A stretch of 30,407 nucleotides of DNA, from the IMG/VR virus record IMGVR_UViG_3300017754_000406, positions 1-30,407 of that record; one strand, 5' to 3'. Made by a program: the position numbers and the translations under genes. Below are positions 1 to 7,434 of this stretch, piece after piece (the stretch's first letter is position 1; each line of letters begins with the position of its first letter). The notes beneath the pieces were generated by a model. The model was given only the letters and a program-made list of their open reading frames with translations. It was not told the DNA's origin and made no database searches. This DNA comes from a virus. Taxonomy: Duplodnaviria > Caudoviricetes.

Positions 1-102
1 AAGTACGACATCCTTCACGACGTGGTACAGCTACTCGACAATCAAATCAAAATCAAATCAGTTTCTAAACCCAAGTCTAAATCTAAAACAAAATCAAAAT
101 GA
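1..102 (+). CDS. 3' end of a hypothetical protein (truncated by window edge)
   Basis: Frame 1 is open from base 1 (KYDILHDVVQLLDNQIKIKSVSKPKSKSKTKSK) to TGA at 100-102, which overlaps the next ATG (ATGA coupling). Confidence 0.65.
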   Translation, partial: KYDILHDVVQLLDNQIKIKSVSKPKSKSKTKSK

Positions 103-374
103 GCGCAGAAAAAATCTTCGCAGACGGTTTCTCATTCAAGCGTAGCGAGAACGCACCTGACTTCGTAATCGGACGGCTGTCCATCAAGCTTGATGATGCC
201 ATCACATTCCTCAAGAACAATGACAAGAAGGGATGGGTGAACCTCAACATCAAGACTGCACGCAGCGGTAACGCATACGTAGAGCTTGATACCTATGAGC
301 CAAAGTCCGATCAGGACAGCGCCACCAAGTCTAAAGCCAAGGCTAAGACTGAGGAGGAGAACCTTCCATTCTAA
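99..374 (+). CDS. Small putative ssDNA-binding protein
   Basis: 91 aa with a beta-rich core, a low-complexity linker and an acidic C-terminal tail ending EEENLPF, typical of SSB tails; lies upstream of the origin-like region and primase. Confidence 0.6.
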   Translation: MSAEKIFADGFSFKRSENAPDFVIGRLSIKLDDAITFLKNNDKKGWVNLNIKTARSGNAYVELDTYEPKSDQDSATKSKAKAKTEEENLPF

Positions 375-390
375 AAAGGACAGATGACCT

Positions 391-417
391 AGAGAGGGGA
401 CACTGCTCCCCTTTTTT
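391..417 (+). terminator. Intrinsic terminator
   Basis: AGGGGA-cactgc-TCCCCT stem (395-412) followed by a T run, 20 nt after the stop of the 99..374 ORF. Confidence 0.75.
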
Positions 418-429
418 AGGCTCTGGTCC

Positions 430-590
430 ATGTCGAAAATGTCGAAAATAATTCCCTATCTATCTCTCTATATATATCTTTACTATATATTATTCTTTCC
501 CACTAGAAAAGAAGAAAAAAATCGACATAATCGACATAGATATTGAATACCAATTAGTTAGTGGTAAAAAATCTAGCATAAAATCGGCAC
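430..590. promoter_or_regulatory. Putative replication origin: inverted iteron pairs flanking an AT-rich core
   Basis: ATGTCGAAA x2 (430-447) and ATCGACATA x2 (521-538), whose ATGTCGA/TCGACAT cores are reverse complements, enclose a TATATA/purine-pyrimidine-skewed tract; immediately upstream of the primase-helicase. Confidence 0.65.
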
Positions 591-594
591 ACAC

Positions 595-2994
595 ATGACA
601 CAAAACGTCACAATCTTTCAGAACATCAAGGACACGTCGACCCCATTCTTCAGGGAGGTGGATGTTATCCTTCAGCGGATAAAGGACGGAGCCACCAAGG
701 AGCTAGTCAAGAAGATACGACTAGAGAAGAGGAAGGCTGAACGCAACGAGCTAAAGAAACAGCTGCCTGCTATCTGCTTCAGTGGTACATTCAACAAGCG
801 TAGCGACAACGCCATCATTCAGCACAGCGGTCTGATATGTTTGGACTTCGATGGCTACGACAAGCAGAAGCAACTGCTTCAGGACAAGGAGACGCTAAGC
901 AAGAACAAGTACGTGTATTCAGTATTCATCAGCCCTTCGGGTAATGGTCTTAAGGTTCTTGTCAAGATACCTGCTGATGCGGAGAACCACGGCAACTACT
1001 TCAACAGCTTAGAGAAATACTTCAGCTCTCCATACTTTGACAAGACATCAAAGAACCTGAGCCGTGTATGCTACGAGTCATACGATCCGCTGATCTACGT
1101 CAACGAGAACTCATCCACATGGGACCTGATTGAGGAGCCTGAGTACACAGAGATGAGCAAGTACAGGGACAAGCCAACCATACCAATCACTGACGAGAAC
1201 AGAGTGGTGGACATACTGATTCGGTGGTGGACAAAGAAGTACCCAATGGTAGAGGGGCAGCGAAACCAGAACTGCTACATTCTGGCGATGGCAATGAATG
1301 ACTTTGGTATCAACAAAGGACTTGCCTCGTTCGTCCTGAACCAGTACTCAAGCGATGACTTCCCCACACGTGAGATACAGCGCACGATTGACTCTGCCTA
1401 TCAGAACACAGCCAACTTCGGGACCAAGTACTACGAGGACGAGGAGCGCATCAATTCAATCCGTGCCAAGCTCAGAAGGGGTGTATCAAAAAAAGAGATT
1501 CGGATTCAGCTACAGGACTCCCATCTGGATTCGGACACTATCGATTCGGTTCTAAGCAAAGTCGAGGAGGAGAACTCCAAGCAGACGTTCTGGGAACGAA
1601 ACGATCGGGGAGTGATACGGATAATACATATCCTGTTCAAGCAGTTTCTGGAGGACAGCGGGTTCTATAAGTACTGCCCAGAGGGTAGCAAGAACTACGT
1701 GTTCGTGAAGGTGACCAACAACTTGGTTGACCACACAAGCGAGAAGGAGATAAAGGACTTCGTATTAAACCACCTGCTGGAGCTAGACGACGTGTCGGTA
1801 TACAACTACTTCGCAGACAACACACGCTTCTTCAAGGATGAGTTCCTGTCCATGCTGTCGACCATTGACATCTACTTTATCGAGGACACAAAGGACACAG
1901 CATATCTGTACTACAAGAACTGCGCTGTTAAGATTACAGGTGGAGAGGTTAAACCAATCGACTACCTAGACCTAGGTGGTTACGTGTGGAACGACCACGT
2001 GATTGACCGCAACTTCAATCTGTGCGATGTCAGTGATGACTTTGACTTCAGGAAATTCATAAGCAACATCAACGGAGGTGACCCGAACCGAGTGATAACA
2101 ATGGAGAGCACGATTGGATTCATGATGCACGGACACAAGAACCTTTCGTACTGCCCTGCTGTGATTCTGAACGACGAGGTTATATCAGACAACCCTGAGG
2201 GTGGTACCGGTAAGGGTATCCTAATGAACGCGCTTGCCAAGATGAAGAAGGTGGTCACGATTGACGGAAAGTCTTTCACGTTCGAGCGCAGCTTCGCCTA
2301 TCAGTTGGTGTCGGCAGACACGCAGATACTTTGCTTTGATGACGTGAAAAAACATTTCGACTTCGAGCGCCTGTTCAGTGTGGTTACAGAAGGTCTTACG
2401 CTTGAGAAGAAGAACAAGGACGCCATCAAGATACCATTCAGCAAGTCTCCTAAGATCGCTATCACCACCAACTATGCCATCAAGGGCGCGGGTAATTCAT
2501 TTGCTAGACGTAAGTGGGAGCTTGAGCTACACCAATACTACAGCAAGAACTACACTCCGCTCGATGAGTTCGGTAAGCTTCTGTTCGGTGATTGGGGTGA
2601 CGATGAGTGGTGCGAGTTTGACAACTACATGATACAGTGTCTTCAAAGATACCTTTGTGATGGCCTTGTCAAGAGTAAGTTCGTGAACCTTAAGATACGT
2701 CAGCTGTCAGCCGAGACATGCCATGAGTTTATTGAGTGGTGCGGATTGGTTGAGGGCAACGACGAGGAGAACAGCGCACTTAAGATTGACGAGAGGATGT
2801 ACAAGCACGAGCTGTACTACAACTTCATCGAGGAGTACCCTGACTACGGGCCCAAGTCTAAGATGACAATCAGCAGGACACGTTTCTACAAGTGGTTAAT
2901 ATCGTATGCCATCTTCAAGGAAGGCGTTCAGCCTGAGGAGGGAAGAGATATGAACGGCAGGTGGATTATTATTAAATCAAAACAAGGAGAATGA
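595..2994 (+). CDS. Primase-helicase (BT4734/VirE-N-like primase domain, PriCT-like domain, SF3/D5-like P-loop helicase)
   Basis: HSGLICLDFD and FISPSGNGLK primase motifs; EGQRNQ PriCT-like motif; Walker A GGTGKG; Walker B ILCFDD; ITTN sensor; 799 aa. Confidence 0.9.
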   Translation: MTQNVTIFQNIKDTSTPFFREVDVILQRIKDGATKELVKKIRLEKRKAERNELKKQLPAICFSGTFNKRSDNAIIQHSGLICLDFDGYDKQKQLLQDKETLSKNKYVYSVFISPSGNGLKVLVKIPADAENHGNYFNSLEKYFSSPYFDKTSKNLSRVCYESYDPLIYVNENSSTWDLIEEPEYTEMSKYRDKPTIPITDENRVVDILIRWWTKKYPMVEGQRNQNCYILAMAMNDFGINKGLASFVLNQYSSDDFPTREIQRTIDSAYQNTANFGTKYYEDEERINSIRAKLRRGVSKKEIRIQLQDSHLDSDTIDSVLSKVEEENSKQTFWERNDRGVIRIIHILFKQFLEDSGFYKYCPEGSKNYVFVKVTNNLVDHTSEKEIKDFVLNHLLELDDVSVYNYFADNTRFFKDEFLSMLSTIDIYFIEDTKDTAYLYYKNCAVKITGGEVKPIDYLDLGGYVWNDHVIDRNFNLCDVSDDFDFRKFISNINGGDPNRVITMESTIGFMMHGHKNLSYCPAVILNDEVISDNPEGGTGKGILMNALAKMKKVVTIDGKSFTFERSFAYQLVSADTQILCFDDVKKHFDFERLFSVVTEGLTLEKKNKDAIKIPFSKSPKIAITTNYAIKGAGNSFARRKWELELHQYYSKNYTPLDEFGKLLFGDWGDDEWCEFDNYMIQCLQRYLCDGLVKSKFVNLKIRQLSAETCHEFIEWCGLVEGNDEENSALKIDERMYKHELYYNFIEEYPDYGPKSKMTISRTRFYKWLISYAIFKEGVQPEEGRDMNGRWIIIKSKQGE

Positions 2995-2995
2995 T

Positions 2996-3208
2996 ATGCC
3001 AGACATTGCAATGTGTAGGGGTATTGACTGCCCATTCAAAGACAAGTGCTACAGACACACAGCCAAGCCGGACAAGTACCAGTCGTTCCTTGCGAACCCT
3101 CCGATTAAGGACGGGAGATGTGACTACTACTGGGGCGAGAACGCTGAGTATGTATGGACCGAATCAAAAAATCAAACAATAAAACAATGGGAAAACAAAC
3201 AGCAGTAG
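2996..3208 (+). CDS. Small Cys-rich phage protein (possible metal binding)
   Basis: MPDIAMC-x4-CP-x4-CYR...C pattern recognised as a common small phage family; starts 1 nt after the primase stop. Confidence 0.7.
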   Translation: MPDIAMCRGIDCPFKDKCYRHTAKPDKYQSFLANPPIKDGRCDYYWGENAEYVWTESKNQTIKQWENKQQ

Positions 3209-3375
3209 AATGGTTGGTTAAAGAATTAAACCTTGAAGGATATGACCATACAGTTGAACAAGCCAAAGCAATGGAGAGGGAGCAGATGAATGAGATACAC
3301 ATTGACGGCATCGAGCAGGGCTACAACATGAGATACCAACAAGAAAAGAAAATGCAAGATGGCAAAGACGTATAG
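3187..3375 (+). CDS. Small phage protein of the KQTAVEWL type
   Basis: Start moved to ATG 3187, which follows an A-rich leader; KQTAVEWL...EQAKAMEREQ motif is recurrent in aquatic Bacteroidota phages (recalled). Confidence 0.7.
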   Translation: MGKQTAVEWLVKELNLEGYDHTVEQAKAMEREQMNEIHIDGIEQGYNMRYQQEKKMQDGKDV

Positions 3376-3565
3376 GTTCTTCTACCATTACTACAAACAG
3401 AAAAAGAAAATGAGCGTACACTTTAGGAAACAGTGCATTGTTGTGGATGATGTAATTTGCATGGTACCATGCGAGACTAAGTGGAGCAATACACAGCCGA
3501 ACCTAGTCATGCGTGGCTTTGCAACAGACGTCGAAATAAAAAACAACAAAGCCTATATCGTATGA
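3359..3565 (+). CDS. Hypothetical phage protein
   Basis: 68 aa, overlaps both neighbours, ATGA-coupled to the next gene. Confidence 0.65.
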   Translation: MAKTYRFFYHYYKQKKKMSVHFRKQCIVVDDVICMVPCETKWSNTQPNLVMRGFATDVEIKNNKAYIV

Positions 3566-3897
3566 CAGACAATCAGATACTTCACATCAGCATGCTCAAC
3601 TCCTTTAACCTGATAACAGGAAGGGCGACCTTCGATGAGATCATGGACTCAGGGGTTGGGTTCTTCTCCCACATGCCAACTCAGGCAATAGACTCTGAGG
3701 TATTCAAGCTTATCATATGGTACTTTCAGGACAGAGAGATGTTCGAGTACTGCGCCGAGCTAAGCAAGATATACAAGGAGATATTCAACGAGGACGGCAC
3801 ACCGAAGGAGGTGGTATGTGAGTGTGAGTACCCTGATATAGAGACATACGTGCCTAGGGCTATATGTTCTATCTGCAACAACATAATCAGAAGATGA
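3562..3897 (+). CDS. Hypothetical protein with C-terminal CxC...CxxC Zn-ribbon-like motif
   Basis: Start moved to ATG 3562 (ATGA overlap); contains YFQDREMFEYCAEL helix and CECEY...CSIC. Confidence 0.7.
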   Translation: MTDNQILHISMLNSFNLITGRATFDEIMDSGVGFFSHMPTQAIDSEVFKLIIWYFQDREMFEYCAELSKIYKEIFNEDGTPKEVVCECEYPDIETYVPRAICSICNNIIRR

Positions 3898-5363
3898 CAG
3901 ACATAATAACTAGAATACCCGGATACTCAAACAAGGGCATGGTTGAATACTGCGACACACTTAAGAGGGTAATGCTGTCCACTAAAGACGTAAAGGTCGG
4001 GCGTGGTAAGGATGCCAAGATAGAACAGGTCCTGAAGTACAGGTCAGACAAGCCTGTCATTGACAAGATACTCAACAGCCACGAGCACTACTTAAAACTA
4101 TACACACAGGATATGGCACGAGAAACCACAGTCAAGCTAAGAGACTACCAGACAGACATAATAGACAGGGCCGTCCGAATCTTACATGAGCACCGTTTTG
4201 TTTATCTTGCAATGGAGGTTAGGACTGGCAAGACGCTCACTAGTCTCGGCATAGCAGAGGAGGTTCACGCAGACAAGGTCCTGTTTGTAACGAAGAAGAA
4301 AGCTATAGGGTCAATAGCTGCGGATCTCAATCTGTTCATGCCATCATACGACATGACGATCGTTAACTACGAGAGCCTTCACACTGTCGACGCTGACAGA
4401 ATGTGGGACCTAGTTATACTTGATGAGGCTCACAGCATGGGCGCATTTCCAAAGCCAAGCCAACGGGCTGAGGTTGTTAGTGGAATACTGAAAAGATGCA
4501 AGCCAAAGGTTATTCTGCTGTCCGGTACGCCGACGCCTGAGTCGTACTCGCAGATGTACCATCAGGTATATGGCATACCAAACAATCCATTCAGGGAGTT
4601 CTCAAACTTCTACAGGTTCTGTGACAAGTACGTCAAGGTAAAGCAGAGGAAGGTAAACGGCATGTTCGTTAACGACTACTCGGACGGAAGGCCTGAGATA
4701 CTTGAGGCGATGGAGCCATACACAATTAACTACACACAGAAGGAGGCAGGGTTTATAACCGAGACTACCGAGGAGGTGCTTGAGGTCCAGCTAAAGGATA
4801 GCACATATGCTATGATTAATAGGCTGAAGAAGGACCTAGTGATTGAGGGAAAGACCGAGCTGATACTGGCAGACACACCAGTCAAGCTGATGATGAAACT
4901 GCATCAGATGTACTCTGGAACCATCAAGTTCGAGAGCGGTGAGTCAATGGTTCTGGATACCACCAAGGCTGAGTTCATCCGTTCTCGGTTTGCAAACAGC
5001 AAACTTGGTATATTCTACAAGTTCAAAGAGGAGCTGGCTGCCCTGAAGAAGGTGTTCGGGGACGACCTGACCACTGATCTTGGTGTCTTCGATGACACAA
5101 GTAAGTCCATAGCCTTACAAATCGTGAGCGGACGTGAGGGTATAAGCTTACGAAATGCTGAGTACTTGGTCTACTACAACATAGACTTCAGTGCGACCAG
5201 CTACTGGCAGAGCAAGGACAGGATGACAACCAAGGACAGGCCAATGAATAATGTGTTCTGGATATTTGCCAAGGACGGAATCGAGTACGACATCTACAAG
5301 GCCGTGTCGAAAAAAAAGGACTACACAGTTGCCCACTTCAAGAAAAATTTACTAACATTGTAA
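3894..5363 (+). CDS. SF2 (SNF2-like/DEAH) helicase
   Basis: Start moved to ATG 3894 (ATGA overlap); Q motif LRDYQ, Walker A EVRTGKT, LDEAH, LSGTP, GREGISL, QSKDR. Confidence 0.88.
   Translation: MTDIITRIPGYSNKGMVEYCDTLKRVMLSTKDVKVGRGKDAKIEQVLKYRSDKPVIDKILNSHEHYLKLYTQDMARETTVKLRDYQTDIIDRAVRILHEHRFVYLAMEVRTGKTLTSLGIAEEVHADKVLFVTKKKAIGSIAADLNLFMPSYDMTIVNYESLHTVDADRMWDLVILDEAHSMGAFPKPSQRAEVVSGILKRCKPKVILLSGTPTPESYSQMYHQVYGIPNNPFREFSNFYRFCDKYVKVKQRKVNGMFVNDYSDGRPEILEAMEPYTINYTQKEAGFITETTEEVLEVQLKDSTYAMINRLKKDLVIEGKTELILADTPVKLMMKLHQMYSGTIKFESGESMVLDTTKAEFIRSRFANSKLGIFYKFKEELAALKKVFGDDLTTDLGVFDDTSKSIALQIVSGREGISLRNAEYLVYYNIDFSATSYWQSKDRMTTKDRPMNNVFWIFAKDGIEYDIYKAVSKKKDYTVAHFKKNLLTL
5329..5360 (+). 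promoter_or_regulatory. Possible Bacteroidota sigma70-type promoter
   Basis: TTG (5329-5331), 21-nt spacer, TAACATTG (5353-5360; one mismatch to TAnnTTTG), 7 nt before ATG 5368. Confidence 0.3.
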
Positions 5364-5367
5364 TAAC

Positions 5368-5592
5368 ATGAATACACCAACACCATTCAAAATCACAATT
5401 GAGAACAGCCAAATCAGTGTTTCATCCACCCTCCCCTACGACTCAACCATCCATGAGATTATGGAGGTGATATCTGGGATGCTGGTCAGTCATACATTCA
5501 GCGAGAAACAGATAGAGGACTGGGTCACCGAGAGGGCAGACATCCTAAACCAATACTATGACCGAACAACAGATACAGGCCAAGAGGATTAA
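5368..5592 (+). CDS. Hypothetical protein
   Basis: 74-aa ORF filling the gap between the helicase and VRR-NUC; A-rich start context. Confidence 0.6.
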   Translation: MNTPTPFKITIENSQISVSSTLPYDSTIHEIMEVISGMLVSHTFSEKQIEDWVTERADILNQYYDRTTDTGQED

Positions 5593-5896
5593 GGAGCTGG
5601 AGGCCGATGGCTACTTTGTTCTTAAGCTCATACGCACAAACAAGAACGGAATACCTGACCTGCTAGCCATACCAAAAGACTCTGACGTTCTTTTCTGCGA
5701 GGTCAAAAGACCAGACGGAAAGCTAAGCAAACTACAACAATACAGAATCAAAGAATTAAATCAACATGGAATTACTACAGAAGTTTACAGAGGAGCAGAT
5801 AAAGAATCAGGTGGACAAGGCAAGACAGGTAGTGGAGAACATAACGATGGGGAACATACACAGCAACGACAGGGTAAGAAACAACGTGGAGTCTAG
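5558..5896 (+). CDS. VRR-NUC domain nuclease (PD-(D/E)XK; Holliday-junction-resolvase-like)
   Basis: TEQQIQ...GIPDL...FCEVKRPDGKLSKLQ signature; next to an SF2 helicase, as is typical. Confidence 0.88.
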   Translation: MTEQQIQAKRIKELEADGYFVLKLIRTNKNGIPDLLAIPKDSDVLFCEVKRPDGKLSKLQQYRIKELNQHGITTEVYRGADKESGGQGKTGSGEHNDGEHTQQRQGKKQRGV

Positions 5897-6317
5897 GATG
5901 ATCTACTCAAAGCTTCTAAGAGAGACTGGTCTGACGTTTAAGTACATAGCTGGGACTCTCAGTAAGGACCACACCACAATCATACACTACATCAACCTGA
6001 TGAACAACCTTATCGAGACAGAGCCTGAGGTAAACCATAAGTACGCCAAGTGCAGGGACATCTTCTTTGCCGGAAGGGAGAACCACAAGATTGAGTTCGA
6101 CGCAATCAAGGCCAACCAAAAGCTGGAGGAGTGTATGGAAAGATATAAGAGAGCTGCATTTGAAAAGGATAGAGCTATCTCTTTTAATAAGAAGCTGTCT
6201 AGGCTAAGAGATATTGTTGAGCTGATTGATAGCAGGACACCAAAGGGAGCAGAGCAAAAGATATTTATGGCAATCAATCGCATGTTCAATGGACTAGAAT
6301 ACTACAAAGATGAATAA
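5766..6317 (+). CDS. DnaA C-terminal-like HTH DNA-binding protein
   Basis: R.R..VESR.I...LLR..G.T...IA..L.KDHTTIIH matches the DnaA domain IV signature; followed by a coiled-coil; no AAA+ domain. Confidence 0.78.
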   Translation: MELLQKFTEEQIKNQVDKARQVVENITMGNIHSNDRVRNNVESRMIYSKLLRETGLTFKYIAGTLSKDHTTIIHYINLMNNLIETEPEVNHKYAKCRDIFFAGRENHKIEFDAIKANQKLEECMERYKRAAFEKDRAISFNKKLSRLRDIVELIDSRTPKGAEQKIFMAINRMFNGLEYYKDE

Positions 6318-6516
6318 ACAACCAAGCGATATCAGGAGGCTTGAGACCGAGAGGGCAATGCGTATATACATGCGTATGGAGGACTGCCATCTAATCATCA
6401 CAGAGGTGTATGAGAAGATAGTCGACAGAGACTTTGAGAAGGTTCCTGACAAAATCAAGACACTGATATCTGACCTTAGAATGATTCTTAAATCAATGGA
6501 AGACGATGACTTCTAA
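6310..6516 (+). CDS. Hypothetical helical protein
   Basis: 68 aa, overlaps both neighbours in the operon. Confidence 0.65.
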   Translation: MNKQPSDIRRLETERAMRIYMRMEDCHLIITEVYEKIVDRDFEKVPDKIKTLISDLRMILKSMEDDDF

Positions 6517-6883
6517 TCGAGATAAGGAAAGGGAGCTTGAGGCAATAACAAAATATGTCAGCCTGTTTGGTGGATCGTTCCAAAAGCTTGGACAAACGGA
6601 CGTTGGCTACAAGATATTTGACAAAGAGGGCATGGTTGTTGGGTATGTTGAGGTAGTAAAGCTACTACGTAGAGTTACTAGTCCATACCCGCTGAACATA
6701 GACGTGGTCAGACTTTCAAAGCTGATGGGCAAAAGGTTGGGTCCTGTGATTGTTTGGTCCTGTGATGATGGTATTGTATACGGCCCAGTTGAAAAGATGG
6801 TGGCGTCTATGAAGTTTTCTAATGGTGAACTTATTGCGTACTACGAGAAGCAGAAGCCAATCCGGTACGTTAGATTCTCGTGA
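6506..6883 (+). CDS. Hypothetical protein, possibly a degenerate PD-(D/E)XK-fold nuclease
   Basis: 125 aa; RE helix then D-V-G-Y...YVEVVK at the positions expected for D...ExK. Confidence 0.6.
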   Translation: MTSNRDKERELEAITKYVSLFGGSFQKLGQTDVGYKIFDKEGMVVGYVEVVKLLRRVTSPYPLNIDVVRLSKLMGKRLGPVIVWSCDDGIVYGPVEKMVASMKFSNGELIAYYEKQKPIRYVRFS

Positions 6884-6887
6884 CCAT

Positions 6888-6968
6888 GTTGTTGAGGTCC
6901 TAAATCTGAAACAACGAACCCTGCGGTGCGAATCAATCGGGTTTGGTTTGGATCAAACACTGCGGGGT
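6888..6968 (+). ncRNA. Putative structured RNA (hairpin plus multi-branch stem) upstream of the tRNA
   Basis: GTTGTT/AACAAC stem (6888-6915); 11-bp stem ACCCTGCGGTG/CACTGCGGGGT (6918-6968) with two G-U pairs, enclosing two small hairpins. Confidence 0.4.
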
Positions 6969-6972
6969 AAAC

Positions 6973-7046
6973 GATTCGGTAGCTCAGCTGAAAAGAGCGA
7001 CTGCCTTCTAAGCAGTAGGCCATTGGTTTGAATCCAATCCGAATCA
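6973..7046 (+). tRNA. trnR: tRNA-Arg (anticodon UCU), CCA not encoded
   Basis: Full cloverleaf: acceptor GATTCGG/CCGAATC, D stem GCTC/GAGC, anticodon stem ACTGC/GCAGT with loop CT-TCT-AA (TCT 7007-7009), T stem ATTGG/CCAAT, discriminator A7046; Arg identity base A20 present. Confidence 0.92.
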
Positions 7047-7047
7047 C

Positions 7048-7431
7048 ATGAGTATAGTCGGTGACGTTGCCGAGCTTAAGTTTATGGTCCTGATGAGGGA
7101 GATGGGATACACGGTGTGTAAACCAATGAGTCATCATAGCAGGTATGACTTTATCGTCGACATGGCAGGAGACATGAGGCGTGTTCAGGTCAAGTCAACT
7201 AACTACAAGAAGAATGAGGGTGTAAATAGTGGTGTGTATATGTGCCATTCATATACTCAGAAAAGAAAGAACAGGTACCTGAAGTCAGAGGTAGACTACA
7301 TAGCCGTATACATTAGCAACTGCGACGCTTGGTATATGATACCAATACAGGAGATAAAGGGAGAGAACATAAGGATGTACCCTCACAGGACAGACAGCAG
7401 GGGCAAGTTTGAGAAGTACCGGATTAAGTAA
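7048..7431 (+). CDS. PD-(D/E)XK endonuclease (PDDEXK_5, group I intron/homing-endonuclease-like), free-standing
   Basis: GDVAE...SRYDFIVD...RVQVKS...Y...EVDYIAVY...WYMIP pattern. Confidence 0.85.
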   Translation: MSIVGDVAELKFMVLMREMGYTVCKPMSHHSRYDFIVDMAGDMRRVQVKSTNYKKNEGVNSGVYMCHSYTQKRKNRYLKSEVDYIAVYISNCDAWYMIPIQEIKGENIRMYPHRTDSRGKFEKYRIK

Positions 7432-7434
7432 CTA

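Noticed and set aside
132-431. 99-aa minus-strand ORF opposite the SSB-like gene
   Set aside because: Antisense to a well-supported gene and crosses its terminator
430-540. Short repeats as a CRISPR array or transposon ends
   Set aside because: Repeats are 9 nt, tandem without spacers; no cas or transposase gene; an origin fits better
5310-5319. A8G slippery-looking run near the helicase 3' end
   Set aside because: A -1 shift only swaps the last ~15 residues and stops at about 5371 without fusing to the next gene; explained by Lys codons
6822-7137. ORFs 6822..7031 (+) and 6841..7137 (-)
   Set aside because: They overlap the tRNA and structured RNA and have no protein-like features
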